In this document: piece by piece, positions 37,159 to 46,622 of the stretch
Position numbering within the stretch: the stretch's first letter is position 1
How the letters are laid out: every line of letters begins with the position of its first letter
DNA from: Candidatus Bathyarchaeota archaeon
GTDB lineage: Archaea; Thermoproteota; Bathyarchaeia; 40CM-2-53-6
Direction of reading: 5' to 3'
NCBI GenBank assembly: GCA_963726255.1
Contig: CAVSBL010000002.1
Coordinates: 1,728,001 to 1,792,000 of the forward strand
DNA: 64,000 nt
Made by a program: the position numbers and the translations under genes
Notes under the pieces: model-generated
What the model saw: only the letters and a program-made list of their open reading frames with translations
The model's database searches: none
Told to the model about the DNA's origin: nothing

Positions 37159-38126
37159 CCATACTTGGACAGGACGGTGGCGAGAGTTTTCAGAGAAACA
37201 TTCCCGCCACTCACAACCACGACCACTTTCTCTTCTAGCTTAGGACGGATTTTCTCAAGCAATGCTGCAATTGCGGCGGCGGCTGAAGGCTCAATCACCA
37301 AGTGGCATTCATTCATTGCGGTGAAAACTGCTTTCTCTATTTGCTCCTCGCTTACGAGGACTATGTCGTCAACGTTACGTTTGACTATCTCGTAGGTTAG
37401 CGCACCTGGTTCGCGTGTAGCAAGCCCGTCAGCGATTGAGGTTGTGTCAGAGAGGCGCGTGATTTTGCCATTCTTAACGGACTGGTACATTGAGGAGGCC
37501 TTCTCCGGTTCAACCCCGAGCACCTTCACACCGGGTTTCAGGCTTTTGACCGCGGTTGAAATTCCTGAGATTAGCCCGCCCCCACCAATTGGCACGATTA
37601 CCCTTTCGACCTCGGGTAGGTCTTCGTAGATTTCTAGGCCGACAGTTCCCTGCCCGGCAATTACGTCGGGGTCGTCGAAGGGCGGTATTGGTACGGCTCC
37701 GGTGGCCTTCTGAATCTCCATCGCCTTCTCGAAGCGTTCATCGTGGAAGAGGCCGTGCTTCACAACTATACCCCCGTACTCTTCAATGGCCTTCACTTTC
37801 TCCTGCACCGCGTTCGTTGGAACCACGATCGTCGCGTGGGTTCCGGTCATCTTTGCGAGGTATGATACGGCCAAGCCATGGTTGCCGGAGGAGGCGGCGA
37901 TCAAGCCACGTTTGCGCTCGTCCGGATTGAGCTTGAGTATCTTGTTGGCGGCCCCTCGGATTTTGAAGACTCGGATTGGCTGGTATGATTCGAGTTTTAG
38001 GTAGACATTCGCCTTGGTCAGCGCACTTAACCGCGGTGAATAGTACAGTGGCGTGCGGTACGCGACATTTACAATCCTATCTTTTGCTTCTTGAATAGCG
38101 CTGAGAGTAACTTGGGGGCTGCTCAT
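37155..38126 (-). CDS. threonine/serine dehydratase (PLP, no regulatory domain)
   Basis: KLE...FKIRGA, SSGNHG, IAGQGT, PIGGGGL, EPSAA, SGGN. Confidence 0.92.
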   Translation of the reverse strand: MSSPQVTLSAIQEAKDRIVNVAYRTPLYYSPRLSALTKANVYLKLESYQPIRVFKIRGAANKILKLNPDERKRGLIAASSGNHGLAVSYLAKMTGTHATIVVPTNAVQEKVKAIEEYGGIVVKHGLFHDERFEKAMEIQKATGAVPIPPFDDPDVIAGQGTVGLEIYEDLPEVERVIVPIGGGGLISGISTAVKSLKPGVKVLGVEPEKASSMYQSVKNGKITRLSDTTSIADGLATREPGALTYEIVKRNVDDIVLVSEEQIEKAVFTAMNECHLVIEPSAAAAIAALLEKIRPKLEEKVVVVVSGGNVSLKTLATVLSKYG

Positions 38127-38572
38127 CGTCCCCCGGATCCTGTACTGCTCGTTGACGCAACGCCTGAAGCTTTTCCCTTACCAAAGTAGCTTTGGACGCG
38201 GGGTTGCATAAGGTAGTAGAGTATCACCAAGTCCAGGATTAGGGAAACGCCCTCTCCTAGCCGAGCCCTCATGAACAATGACAGAGACGAGAAGACGAGC
38301 CCAATTACAGCAAAGATGAGTGAACCAGCCCAAGCCCACCCCTTCCCCTTCCACAGCCCATAAGCCAGAATGAAGTCAACCAACGCGAAAGCAACCAACC
38401 CTAACCCCGAAAACATTGACCTTGTTGCGAAAAACCTCACGTGCGGAAACATTTCTGGGAGGACAAAGGTAACGACGGCCAAGGCTGCCCCGCCTAGAAG
38501 TTCAAGGATTCCAAGCAGAATTTGCAGGGCTGCTAGGAGCGTGACGCCAAATGGGCGGGCCGTGGGGGACAA
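38123..38572 (-). CDS. four-TM membrane protein
   Basis: RPFGVT...GLWKGKGWAW...YYLMQPRV pattern. Confidence 0.75.
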   Translation of the reverse strand: MSPTARPFGVTLLAALQILLGILELLGGAALAVVTFVLPEMFPHVRFFATRSMFSGLGLVAFALVDFILAYGLWKGKGWAWAGSLIFAVIGLVFSSLSLFMRARLGEGVSLILDLVILYYLMQPRVQSYFGKGKASGVASTSSTGSGGR

Positions 38573-38587
38573 TTCAAAAGGCCCTGT

Positions 38588-38713
38588 CTACTCGCTTTTT
38601 TGTTGGGCCAACAGCTGCCTGATCTGTTCAGCCAGCTTCTTCCGTTCAGCGTCGTCCTTGGCAGACATCCACTGCAATTTCAAATAGAAGACATCTTTGT
38701 CCTTTGAAGGCAT
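38588..38713 (-). CDS. 41-aa helical small protein (not in ORF track)
   Basis: MPSKDKDVFYLKLQWMSAKDDAERKKLAEQIRQLLAQQKSE*; ends 15 nt before the next minus-strand gene. Confidence 0.6.
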   Translation of the reverse strand: MPSKDKDVFYLKLQWMSAKDDAERKKLAEQIRQLLAQQKSE

Positions 38714-38885
38714 TAGCCTCGCCCGAAATATCTGAAGTTTGAGTGGCGCATCAGTTCAAGAATGCGAAATATAACTTTAGGCCGCAGGCGTCGCTTACTT
38801 CGAAACGACGGTATCGTAACTAATGTTTAGCACGTCCCGTGGATGCGCGGCCGATTCCTATGGGCTGGCTATGTGGGGGAGGTTG

Positions 38886-39173
38886 CTAGCCTTTTACGGT
38901 GGCGACGAATTCGCTTAACGCCATCGCTGGAAGTGTCGTAATCTCTACTGTTCCTCTAGAGCCAAGTTCGACGGACACTTTCGCTATGGTTTTGTTGTCT
39001 GGTGCCTCAACGATGTTAACGAAATCGTAGGCGCCAAGTGTAGCATATTGTGAGAGGACCTTCGCCCCGAATTTCTCGATTTCCTTATTTACTTCCTGAA
39101 TGCGCCCTGGATTCTCACGGACTGTTTTTCGGCCTTCCGCTGTTAACTTCGAGAGCAGGATGTAGACTGCCAA
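38886..39173 (-). CDS. GYD domain protein
   Basis: YATLGAYDFV, EAPD, TTLPA. Confidence 0.88.
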   Translation of the reverse strand: MAVYILLSKLTAEGRKTVRENPGRIQEVNKEIEKFGAKVLSQYATLGAYDFVNIVEAPDNKTIAKVSVELGSRGTVEITTLPAMALSEFVATVKG

Positions 39174-39230
39174 GCTATCTTCCTGCTTACAAGCTGTGCT
39201 AGCGGTGAATTTGGAACTTTCTATCTACAC

Positions 39231-39674
39231 CTAGCTGAGCAGTTTCCGCATCGCGGCCGCACCCTCGCCGCACTCCGGAAACTCAGGCGAAGCCTTCACG
39301 GCCTCGTCGATATCCTTTCGGCCAACAACTTCGAAGCCGAGGCCACTAAAGTAGGCCTGCGCCGTGTCGGTTAGCAAGTAGATTCTTTCGAGGCCTTTCG
39401 CTCTGGCGTTCCGAAGAACAGCGTCCACTAAGGCCCGGCCCTGGCCCATGCCCCTGAACCGCTGGTCAACTGCGACCGACCTCAACAGGCCGCTCTTGCC
39501 ATAAACTTCAAGCCCAGCAACGCCAACCCAAGAACCATTTCGGGTTTGTGCGACGACGAAGTTCTCGATGCATTTATCGACCCCGACGGTCGGCAACTCA
39601 TTCTCGTTCAGAAAATGTGAAATTTGCTGCAGGTCGCCCCTTACGGCAGGCCTGATGCGGATGTCCGCTAACAT
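39231..39674 (-). CDS. GNAT N-acetyltransferase (ArsN2-like)
   Basis: GLEVYGKSGLLRSVAV, RGMGQG, YLLTDTA, EF...C; ATG at 39674. Confidence 0.8.
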   Translation of the reverse strand: MLADIRIRPAVRGDLQQISHFLNENELPTVGVDKCIENFVVAQTRNGSWVGVAGLEVYGKSGLLRSVAVDQRFRGMGQGRALVDAVLRNARAKGLERIYLLTDTAQAYFSGLGFEVVGRKDIDEAVKASPEFPECGEGAAAMRKLLS

Positions 39675-39881
39675 TCCCAAGTTAGCCTTTTTTTCTCCGC
39701 ACAGGAATGAAAACCATTCGAAGAATCGTACACCGTCGGCTTGGAAGCCACAGTTGGGTGTTTCACGCGGAATTTTCATGAGCAAAAAGCCTTCGCCTGT
39801 CTGTCAACTTAGGAAAACGCGCACTCGAATTCGCAAAGGCAAATAAGCACGGAGTTCGCCATCCCGCGAACGGAGGATTAA

Positions 39882-40160
39882 ATGAAAATGGCTAAGTCTA
39901 CAAAACCTCTATTGATGTACACCGGAATTGCAGTGTTTCTAGTCGGCCTTCTGACCTTCATCTTTCCCTACATCATGGACGCAGGCAACATGATGGTCAG
40001 ACCGGGCTGGTTCCAGACCCACCCAGGCGGAGTCGTAGGATGGTTCTGGGGCCCAGCAGATCCGACAATAGGACTATTCGCACCCTTCTGGACCTTCGCT
40101 GTTGGTCTAGTCATCGCCGGCCTAGTGCTAAGCGGCGTATCGTTCGCCCTCAAGAACTGA
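39882..40160 (+). CDS. small two-TM protein, first gene of the ECF operon
   Basis: GGAGG RBS; two TMs around a Gly/Pro/Trp-rich loop. Confidence 0.75.
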   Translation: MKMAKSTKPLLMYTGIAVFLVGLLTFIFPYIMDAGNMMVRPGWFQTHPGGVVGWFWGPADPTIGLFAPFWTFAVGLVIAGLVLSGVSFALKN

Positions 40161-40179
40161 ACACAAAGAGTGATCGAAA

Positions 40180-40962
40180 TTGGCAGCTAAAACCAAAAGC
40201 AGACTGTACCTCTTTGGAACTCCAATTGCTTGGATAGCCGTCTACGGCGCGCTTGTGGGCGTCACATCGCTTGTGCCGCTCTTACCGTACGCAGGCGGCG
40301 GCGGCTACTGGCCCTTGGCAACTGTCATTGCAGCGCTCGGCGCACTAGTATTGGGTCCAATTGGTGGCGCAGTCGCAGCCTTTATCGGAGGAATCATCGG
40401 CATGTTCATTGCTCCACCAGCCTTCCCGCTAGGAATAATCGATGCAATCGCGGTTGTTCTCATACCAGAAATCTTCGTTGCATTGGCGTTCAATGTGAAG
40501 AAATATCGATGGGCTTTCTTGGGTTGGCAGGCTCTGATGACCGCTATCTTCTTCATCGTGCTCTTCTTCTACCCAGGCGTTGTCGGGGGATGGCCCCCGA
40601 TCCCCACAGCTAACTACTTCCTCGCGACATTATACTACTGGCTACTGCCCACCATCGTGCTCGCGTCTCCACTCGGAAGCAAGTACGTCTACGAATGGTC
40701 TAGAAGCTCGGATGTGAAGCAACGATCGATCGGCGTCTTCTTGGGCAGCTGGATGGCCATGAACGCGTGGTACATTTCGCCGTCCTTCTGGTTGTACTGG
40801 ATTCTCTTCGCCTTCCCGTCAGCATTGCTCTACTTGATGGCTTGGGGAATCTACACCTGGTACATGCCTCTCTTCGGATTTGTCCTGTCGCTGATTGCAG
40901 TTCCCATCATAGAGGCGCTTCGAAGAAGCGGAATGGCCAAACCGCCAAACGTCTTGTGGTAG
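40180..40962 (+). CDS. ECF transporter S-component-like membrane protein
   Basis: IAWIAVYGAL, LVLGPIGGAVAAFIGG; upstream of ECF A and T genes. Confidence 0.75.
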   Translation: MAAKTKSRLYLFGTPIAWIAVYGALVGVTSLVPLLPYAGGGGYWPLATVIAALGALVLGPIGGAVAAFIGGIIGMFIAPPAFPLGIIDAIAVVLIPEIFVALAFNVKKYRWAFLGWQALMTAIFFIVLFFYPGVVGGWPPIPTANYFLATLYYWLLPTIVLASPLGSKYVYEWSRSSDVKQRSIGVFLGSWMAMNAWYISPSFWLYWILFAFPSALLYLMAWGIYTWYMPLFGFVLSLIAVPIIEALRRSGMAKPPNVLW

Positions 40963-40968
40963 GCTACT

Positions 40969-40999
40969 CTACTCTCTTTCCCTCTTTCCCTTTTTTCTT
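40969..40999 (+). terminator. pyrimidine/oligo-T tract, probable internal archaeal terminator
   Basis: CTACTCTCTTTCCCTCTTTCCCTTTTTTCTT just after the S-component stop. Confidence 0.45.
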
Positions 41000-41047
41000 G
41001 GGACCCAGTTAGGCCTGGACCGAACTCGAATCGAGTGAAGTGCAAGA

Positions 41048-42760
41048 ATGAATGACTTGATAGTGGACGTTCAGAATCTCTCTTTCAGTTATCCGGATGG
41101 TGCAAAGGCTCTCGTCAAGATCAACTTGAAGGTCGCCCGTGGAGAGATTGTTGCTGTTATGGGGGCTAATGGCGCAGGGAAGACGACCCTCTGCCATCAC
41201 CTTACAGGCGTAATTCCGAACATCTATGAAGGCACAACGGAAGGGAAAGCAGTAGTAGCCGACATGGATGTCTATGAACATCCCGTCTACGAATTAGCTC
41301 AGAAGATCAGTTTTGTGACACAGGACCCCGAGGGCCAACTCATCAACCCTGATGTCCTGATGGAAGTTGCGTTTGGGCCCGAGAACTTGGGCGTGCCGCG
41401 AGAAGAGATCATGAGGAGGGCGAAATGGGCCCTAGAAGCGGTCGGAATGCAAGGATTAGAATCGCGCTCACCCTCCGAACTATCAGGAGGGCAGAAACAG
41501 CGCCTCGTCCTCGCTGCGGGGCTAAGCATGCAACCGGAGTTGCTTGTTCTCGACGAACCAACGTCTCAACTCGACCCCATAGGGACGACGGAAGTATTCC
41601 ATGCCCTCGTCGACCTAAAGAAAAAGTACAATATGACTACGGTTCTGACAACGCACGCGTCCGAGGAGATGCTTGGATTCGCGGATCGAGTAATTGTTCT
41701 CAGCAAAGGCGAGATCGTGGGCGAAGGCACACCTGAGGAGGTCTTCTCTCAAGTCGAGCTTCTCGACAAAGTTGGGGTGCAGGTACCGCAGATCGCATCG
41801 CTCGGCCATGGAATAGCTCCTAGTCAGCCTGTTCCGATGACGATTAATGAAGGCAAGAAACTGATTGTGGACATGATCGAACGGAAAGCACTGCACCCAC
41901 GCGCCATGACGAAAGCCAGCACATTTCATGGAGGGGATGTTGTGCTGGAATGCCAAGATCTGACTTTCACGTACCCAGGATTTCCCCCCGTCACCGCTCT
42001 GAGAAATGTGAACCTCCAGATTCGAAAGGGGGAGATGATAGGAATCGTCGGACAGAACGGCTCAGGGAAGACGACCCTTGTCAAGCAATTTCTGAACCTA
42101 CTTAAACCAACCCGCGGGCGGGTCCTACTCAAAGGGAAAAATATTCAGGACTTCACGACCGGGGAACTCGCGAACTCCATGGGGCTTGTGCTTCAGAACC
42201 CGGATGAACAGTTATTCACCATCTCCTGCCAGAAGGAAGTTGAGTTTGGGCTGCAAAATCTGAAACTCCCTGCAGACGAGATTAAGCGTAGGACAGATGA
42301 GGCGTTGGGTTTCGTCGGCCTCGGTGAACAATGGGACACGTTTCCGTTCAGATTGAGTTTCGGTGATCGAAGGAGCCTGACAGTCGCAGCTGTCATTGCC
42401 ATGCGCCCAGAAGTCGTGATTATGGATGAACCCACGACTGCGCAGGATTATCGCGGAAGACATAGAATCGCGAAGTTGGCGAAGAAGTTAAACGAGGCTG
42501 GACATACGGTCATCATGATAACTCACGACATGAACTTGGTCACCCAATACGCCGACAGGACGGTGGTCATGTGTGAAGGCGAGGTTCTGCTGGATGCGCC
42601 CACCGCGAAAGCGTTCTCGGAGATTGATACGTTGAAGAAGGCGTTCATCAAGCCACCCCCTATCGCCCTGTTGGATAAGGAACTCGAATCTTACGGCGTA
42701 CCGCAGGGAATCTTGACTGTGGACTCGATGATCGAATCGTTGGGTATGGAGGGCGCATAG
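41048..42760 (+). CDS. ECF transporter duplicated ATPase (A-A' fusion)
   Basis: GANGAGKT/LSGGQKQ/DEPT and GQNGSGKT/LSFGD/DEPT. Confidence 0.93.
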   Translation: MNDLIVDVQNLSFSYPDGAKALVKINLKVARGEIVAVMGANGAGKTTLCHHLTGVIPNIYEGTTEGKAVVADMDVYEHPVYELAQKISFVTQDPEGQLINPDVLMEVAFGPENLGVPREEIMRRAKWALEAVGMQGLESRSPSELSGGQKQRLVLAAGLSMQPELLVLDEPTSQLDPIGTTEVFHALVDLKKKYNMTTVLTTHASEEMLGFADRVIVLSKGEIVGEGTPEEVFSQVELLDKVGVQVPQIASLGHGIAPSQPVPMTINEGKKLIVDMIERKALHPRAMTKASTFHGGDVVLECQDLTFTYPGFPPVTALRNVNLQIRKGEMIGIVGQNGSGKTTLVKQFLNLLKPTRGRVLLKGKNIQDFTTGELANSMGLVLQNPDEQLFTISCQKEVEFGLQNLKLPADEIKRRTDEALGFVGLGEQWDTFPFRLSFGDRRSLTVAAVIAMRPEVVIMDEPTTAQDYRGRHRIAKLAKKLNEAGHTVIMITHDMNLVTQYADRTVVMCEGEVLLDAPTAKAFSEIDTLKKAFIKPPPIALLDKELESYGVPQGILTVDSMIESLGMEGA

Positions 42761-42761
42761 G

Positions 42762-43589
42762 ATGGCGAGTATAGAGTATGTTCGAAAGGATACGCCGATT
42801 CATGGGTTGCAAGCGATCACGAAGATGCTGCTCGTATTGGCGAGCTTCGCCGTGAGCTTCTTCGCATTAGACTACCTTCTGCTTGGGCTGTGGATAGCCT
42901 TCCTAATTGGGTGGTGGGTTCTGGGCGGAATTGAAATTAGAAGGCTGGGCGTGATCTTGAAAGTGCTTCTTGGAACGTACTTGTTCTTCGTACTCCTGCA
43001 AGGATTCACGTACCGTTTCGGTAACACCGAATTGTTCCGGCTTGGTGTGCTTATGGTTGGTAGCCGCAATTATGCCGCCTACACGCTGGAAGGATTTCTG
43101 TTCGGGACCCTTGTCTTCATGCGAGTTCTAGCAGTGGTTTTCACTCTACCAATCCTAACTATGACGACCCCGATGACCAAAATCGCGGCGACCCTCGGCA
43201 AGCTGAAGGTCCCCTATCAGTTTACGATGATATTTGTCACGGGCATTCGTTTCGTGCCGCTGGTCTTTCAGACCTGGACCAACGTGATCCAGGCTCAGAA
43301 GTTGCGGGGGCGGGACATCGATAAGATGCCTATCTACAGAAAGGCGGCGGTATACACTAGCGTACTTACTCCGCTCCTTCTCTACCTCCTGAAACTCTCA
43401 CAGACCCTCCAGACCGCCCTGGAGTGTAGAGCGTTCGGTTCCCCTGCAGCCAGAACCTATGTTGAAGAGGCGAAGCTCAGAATCGGAGATTACGTTGCTA
43501 TTGCTACGATCATCGTGGTTGCTGCGGCACTTGTGATAATGAAAGCCACAGGTTATTCATCACTACCTTACATCATGCACGCAGCGTAG
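42762..43589 (+). CDS. ECF transporter T component
   Basis: TPIHGL, IRFVP, AQKLRG, ALECRAF coupling motifs. Confidence 0.9.
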   Translation: MASIEYVRKDTPIHGLQAITKMLLVLASFAVSFFALDYLLLGLWIAFLIGWWVLGGIEIRRLGVILKVLLGTYLFFVLLQGFTYRFGNTELFRLGVLMVGSRNYAAYTLEGFLFGTLVFMRVLAVVFTLPILTMTTPMTKIAATLGKLKVPYQFTMIFVTGIRFVPLVFQTWTNVIQAQKLRGRDIDKMPIYRKAAVYTSVLTPLLLYLLKLSQTLQTALECRAFGSPAARTYVEEAKLRIGDYVAIATIIVVAAALVIMKATGYSSLPYIMHAA

Positions 43590-43628
43590 CGTAAGTCTCG
43601 TAATGGTTGTTTTGTTTGTGGAAGTGAG

Positions 43629-44978
43629 TTGGGTTTGAAGTCTACCGTGACCGTGAAGGAGAAGGAATCGGACGTGAAGAAGCGAAGCAGTTTTGCAGAA
43701 CTGGCAAGTCGACGCGAGAAACTACTTGCCCCGGTATTCGCGCAAGACTGGCCGAACCTCCCCGTGGTGAGGGCTGAGGGGATTTACTTGTATGGTCTCG
43801 ACGGGAAGAGGTACATGGATTTCATGGCGGGCTTCGGCGTTGTGAACGTGGGCCACAACCATCCACGGATCGTGGCCGCGGCGAAAGAGCAGATGGAGAA
43901 GATGGTCCACGGCCCAGTGGGCGTCGTGCTTCATGAACCTGTGCTTCGACTAGCGGAGATGTTGCCTGAGATTCTTCCCGGCGCTATGGACATGTTTTTC
44001 TTTGGGAACAGCGGCTCCGAGGCAGTTGAAGGAACCATCAAGCTCGCTCGCAACGTAACAAAGAGACCAGGGATAATCGCGTTCACGGGAGCATTCCATG
44101 GACGAACATACGGAGCCGCCACGCTCACAGCCTCCAAGGCGATCTACCGTACTGGACTCGAACCCTTCCTCCCCAGCGTATACCATACCCCATACGCAGA
44201 CCCATACCACTCCTCACATCCAGATGACCCGTCACAATGCGTCGACGAGGCGCTCGGCGCCTTGCAGACAGTGCTGAAGAGGATTATCGCTCCATCACAG
44301 GTTGCAGCCATAATTGTTGAACCGATTCAGGGAGAAGGCGGCTATATTATGCCGCCCAAAGAATTTCTGAAAGGCCTACGAGAAATCTGCACGACTAATG
44401 ATATTCTGCTCATATTCGATGAGGTGCAGACTGGTTTCGGCAGAACCGGCGAATGGTTCGCGGCGCAAGCGTTCGACGTAACGCCGGACGTTATGGCGAT
44501 TGCGAAGGGGATAGCCTCCGGTTTTCCGTTGGGTGTGGTATGCGTGCGAAGTGAGCTGATGAGCCGTTGGGGGCCCACGGTTCACGGCACAACCTTCGGC
44601 GGTAACCCAGTGTCATGTGCCGCAGCCATAGCCACAATAGAGACAATCCGAGACGAAAAGCTCTTACAAAATGCGAAAGACCAAGGCGCGTACCTCCTGA
44701 AGCGACTGAGAGAGCTGAAGACGAAGCATCCAGTGATTGGCGATGCTCGCGGATTAGGGTTGATGACGGCGATTGAGTTCATTGTTCCTGGCACAGACCG
44801 TGAGCCGAATGCTGCCGCAGCAAAGAAATTCCTCGCCGAGTCCCTAGAGAGAGGGATGCTAATGTACCCCTGTGGCTTGTACGGTCAAGTGGTCCGCGTC
44901 GCACCACCTCTTACAGTCACCCGCGAACAAATCGACGAAGCCATCAACATCGCAGATCAAAGTTTGGATGCTGTCTAG
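43629..44978 (+). CDS. class III PLP aminotransferase (4-aminobutyrate aminotransferase-like)
   Basis: NSGSEAVE, FHGRT, EPIQGEGG, DEVQTGFGRTG, AKGIASG, TFGGNP. Confidence 0.93.
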   Translation: MGLKSTVTVKEKESDVKKRSSFAELASRREKLLAPVFAQDWPNLPVVRAEGIYLYGLDGKRYMDFMAGFGVVNVGHNHPRIVAAAKEQMEKMVHGPVGVVLHEPVLRLAEMLPEILPGAMDMFFFGNSGSEAVEGTIKLARNVTKRPGIIAFTGAFHGRTYGAATLTASKAIYRTGLEPFLPSVYHTPYADPYHSSHPDDPSQCVDEALGALQTVLKRIIAPSQVAAIIVEPIQGEGGYIMPPKEFLKGLREICTTNDILLIFDEVQTGFGRTGEWFAAQAFDVTPDVMAIAKGIASGFPLGVVCVRSELMSRWGPTVHGTTFGGNPVSCAAAIATIETIRDEKLLQNAKDQGAYLLKRLRELKTKHPVIGDARGLGLMTAIEFIVPGTDREPNAAAAKKFLAESLERGMLMYPCGLYGQVVRVAPPLTVTREQIDEAINIADQSLDAV

Positions 44979-45074
44979 TATACCGAAGCCACGTCTGTCC
45001 CGGCTTATGCGCGGCTTTGGCTTCGTGTGTGAGTGCACCAGCTGAAGGCGAAATAGTCAATTTATACTTGGTCT

Positions 45075-45503
45075 GTGTTGCGAACACTGGTGTCGCCTGT
45101 GTTTTCGGAGCCTGAGATTGAGTATATGAAGTCGCAGCGCCTGTGCAGGTTTGCCACGGTCTCCTCTGATGGCCAGCCTGATGTTGTGCCGGTAGCATTC
45201 GAGTTCGACGGCAAGTACTTCTACGTTGGAAGCCACAGCCAAGACATCTTCCTCAGAACACGCAAATACAAGAACGTCAAAAACGGCAGAACCTCGATCG
45301 CCCTAACCATCGACGACTTGAAGTCAGTTGAGCCATGGAGGCCTCGGGCAATCAGAGTATACGGAACCGCAGAAGTGGCGGATCACAAGGGAATGTTCGG
45401 CCCTGGCAAGTACCTACAAATCACCCCGAAGGTCTCTTGGAGCTTCGGCATCGAAGGCCTGAAACTTGAGGAAGGAGAATGGAGCCACAAAGCGCTTCAC
45501 TAA
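45075..45503 (+). CDS. PPOX-class (split beta-barrel) probably F420-dependent oxidoreductase
   Basis: QRLCRFATV, GQPDVVPV, TRKYKNV, IDDL...PWRP. Confidence 0.85.
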   Translation: MLRTLVSPVFSEPEIEYMKSQRLCRFATVSSDGQPDVVPVAFEFDGKYFYVGSHSQDIFLRTRKYKNVKNGRTSIALTIDDLKSVEPWRPRAIRVYGTAEVADHKGMFGPGKYLQITPKVSWSFGIEGLKLEEGEWSHKALH

Positions 45504-45523
45504 GTAAGAACGGTCGTAGCGAC

Positions 45524-45643
45524 CTAAGCGCTTTCTTTCTTACCTCTCAATCCCGTAGCAAGCAGAGCGATCCCCAATACCGCAAGAACGATTCCGGGTA
45601 TGATGTTTATCCAAAGAACTACCTCCGTCCCATCTGAAACCAT
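45524..45643 (-). CDS. 39-aa single-TM peptide or gene remnant (not in ORF track)
   Basis: MVSDGTEVVLWINIIPGIVLAVLGIALLATGLRGKKESA*. Confidence 0.4.
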   Translation of the reverse strand: MVSDGTEVVLWINIIPGIVLAVLGIALLATGLRGKKESA

Positions 45644-45697
45644 AAACGCTCTAGCCAGCAAACTTGCACAAGTATCTGGCGTTCCACAATAGGAGAA

Positions 45698-46375
45698 TCA
45701 AAGCACGAGTTTGTGAGCGTGAAGGTTCTTTCGCAGCTTCTCGACAGCGAGGTTGACATCGGCCCTAGTCTTGGCGCCTGTGCAGACGAATTTTCCGCTG
45801 GTGAAGAGTAAAAATACGACCTTCGGTTCCTCCATCCTGTAGATGAGGCCGGCAAACTGTTCCGGCTCATAAATCGTCTTGACCAATCGTTCAGCTACAT
45901 TCTCCAGATCAATCCGGTTACCGAGATCACCTGTCGCCACAATGTTCTCGATTCGAACGTCAGGCATTTTCAGGATAACTATTCCATCTGCTCTAAGCTC
46001 GGTGATTATTCGTGCAATAGCCCTCTCAGCGGACCTTGCAGATACAGCGCCGGTGCAGACCATCTTGCCGGAGGCAAACAGAAGTGTGCTCGTTTTTGGT
46101 CTTTTCAACTTGTAAAGGAGACCGGGAAATTGCTGGGGATTATATTTGGCTCCAGAAGTCACTTTGAGAATCGAATCCAAGTCGAGGTGTTGACCCAAAT
46201 TCGCTGTTGCCACAACGTTCTCGATCTTCGATTGCACACTCTTCAGCCCAACTGAGTCGCTCAAACCAGAAAGCCCAAGATCAATGGCAGATGACCCAGT
46301 CAACTGTCTGACAGGGATTGTCAAGATTGATCCTGCTTTAGCGTCCAGCTCGTACCCAGCTTGTTTTATGCTCAA
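45698..46375 (-). CDS. tbp: TATA-box-binding protein (divergent); true start probably downstream
   Basis: Two repeats: IENVVAT...YNPQQFPGL...SGKMVCTGA and IENIVAT...YEPEQFAGL...SGKFVCTGA. Confidence 0.93.
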   Translation of the reverse strand: MSIKQAGYELDAKAGSILTIPVRQLTGSSAIDLGLSGLSDSVGLKSVQSKIENVVATANLGQHLDLDSILKVTSGAKYNPQQFPGLLYKLKRPKTSTLLFASGKMVCTGAVSARSAERAIARIITELRADGIVILKMPDVRIENIVATGDLGNRIDLENVAERLVKTIYEPEQFAGLIYRMEEPKVVFLLFTSGKFVCTGAKTRADVNLAVEKLRKNLHAHKLVL

Positions 46376-46521
46376 TAGCTTCCGCTCGCTTCAGTCAGGT
46401 TAAGAGCCGATTGTATCTCAGGATCTTATTCGACGGTGACAGATGCTAAGGCTTACGAAGGGAACTGGCAATATTGAGGCTGAACACTTGAATGGGGACG
46501 TGGTGAAACTGGGGCAGTTGT

Positions 46522-46557
46522 TGTGGGTCTGGTGGTGCGGGCAACCAAATTTGAACC
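46522..46557 (-). repeat. tRNA-3'-end-like repeat, copy 1
   Basis: Minus strand GGTTCAAATTTGGTTGCCCGCACCA (25 nt) followed by CCAGACCCACA. Confidence 0.7.
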
Positions 46558-46570
46558 GCGGTTCTCAGTG

Positions 46571-46608
46571 TGTGTGGGTCTAATGGTGCGGGGAAACAGA
46601 ATTGAACC
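46571..46608 (-). repeat. tRNA-3'-end-like repeat, copy 2
   Basis: Minus strand GGTTCAATTCTGTTTCCCCGCACCA (25 nt) followed by TTAGACCCACACA. Confidence 0.7.
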
Positions 46609-46622
46609 AGTCAGTTTTCGTG

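Noticed and set aside
46522-46608. Mini CRISPR array
   Set aside because: Only two degenerate adjacent units with very short spacing, no cas genes, and tRNA-end geometry explains them better
46494-46620. Intact or split tRNA gene (GGGGACGTGGTGAAACTGG resembles a tRNA 5' end/D-arm)
   Set aside because: The 5'-like segment is on the plus strand while the 3'-like segments are on the minus strand; no anticodon arm or paired T-stem can be built
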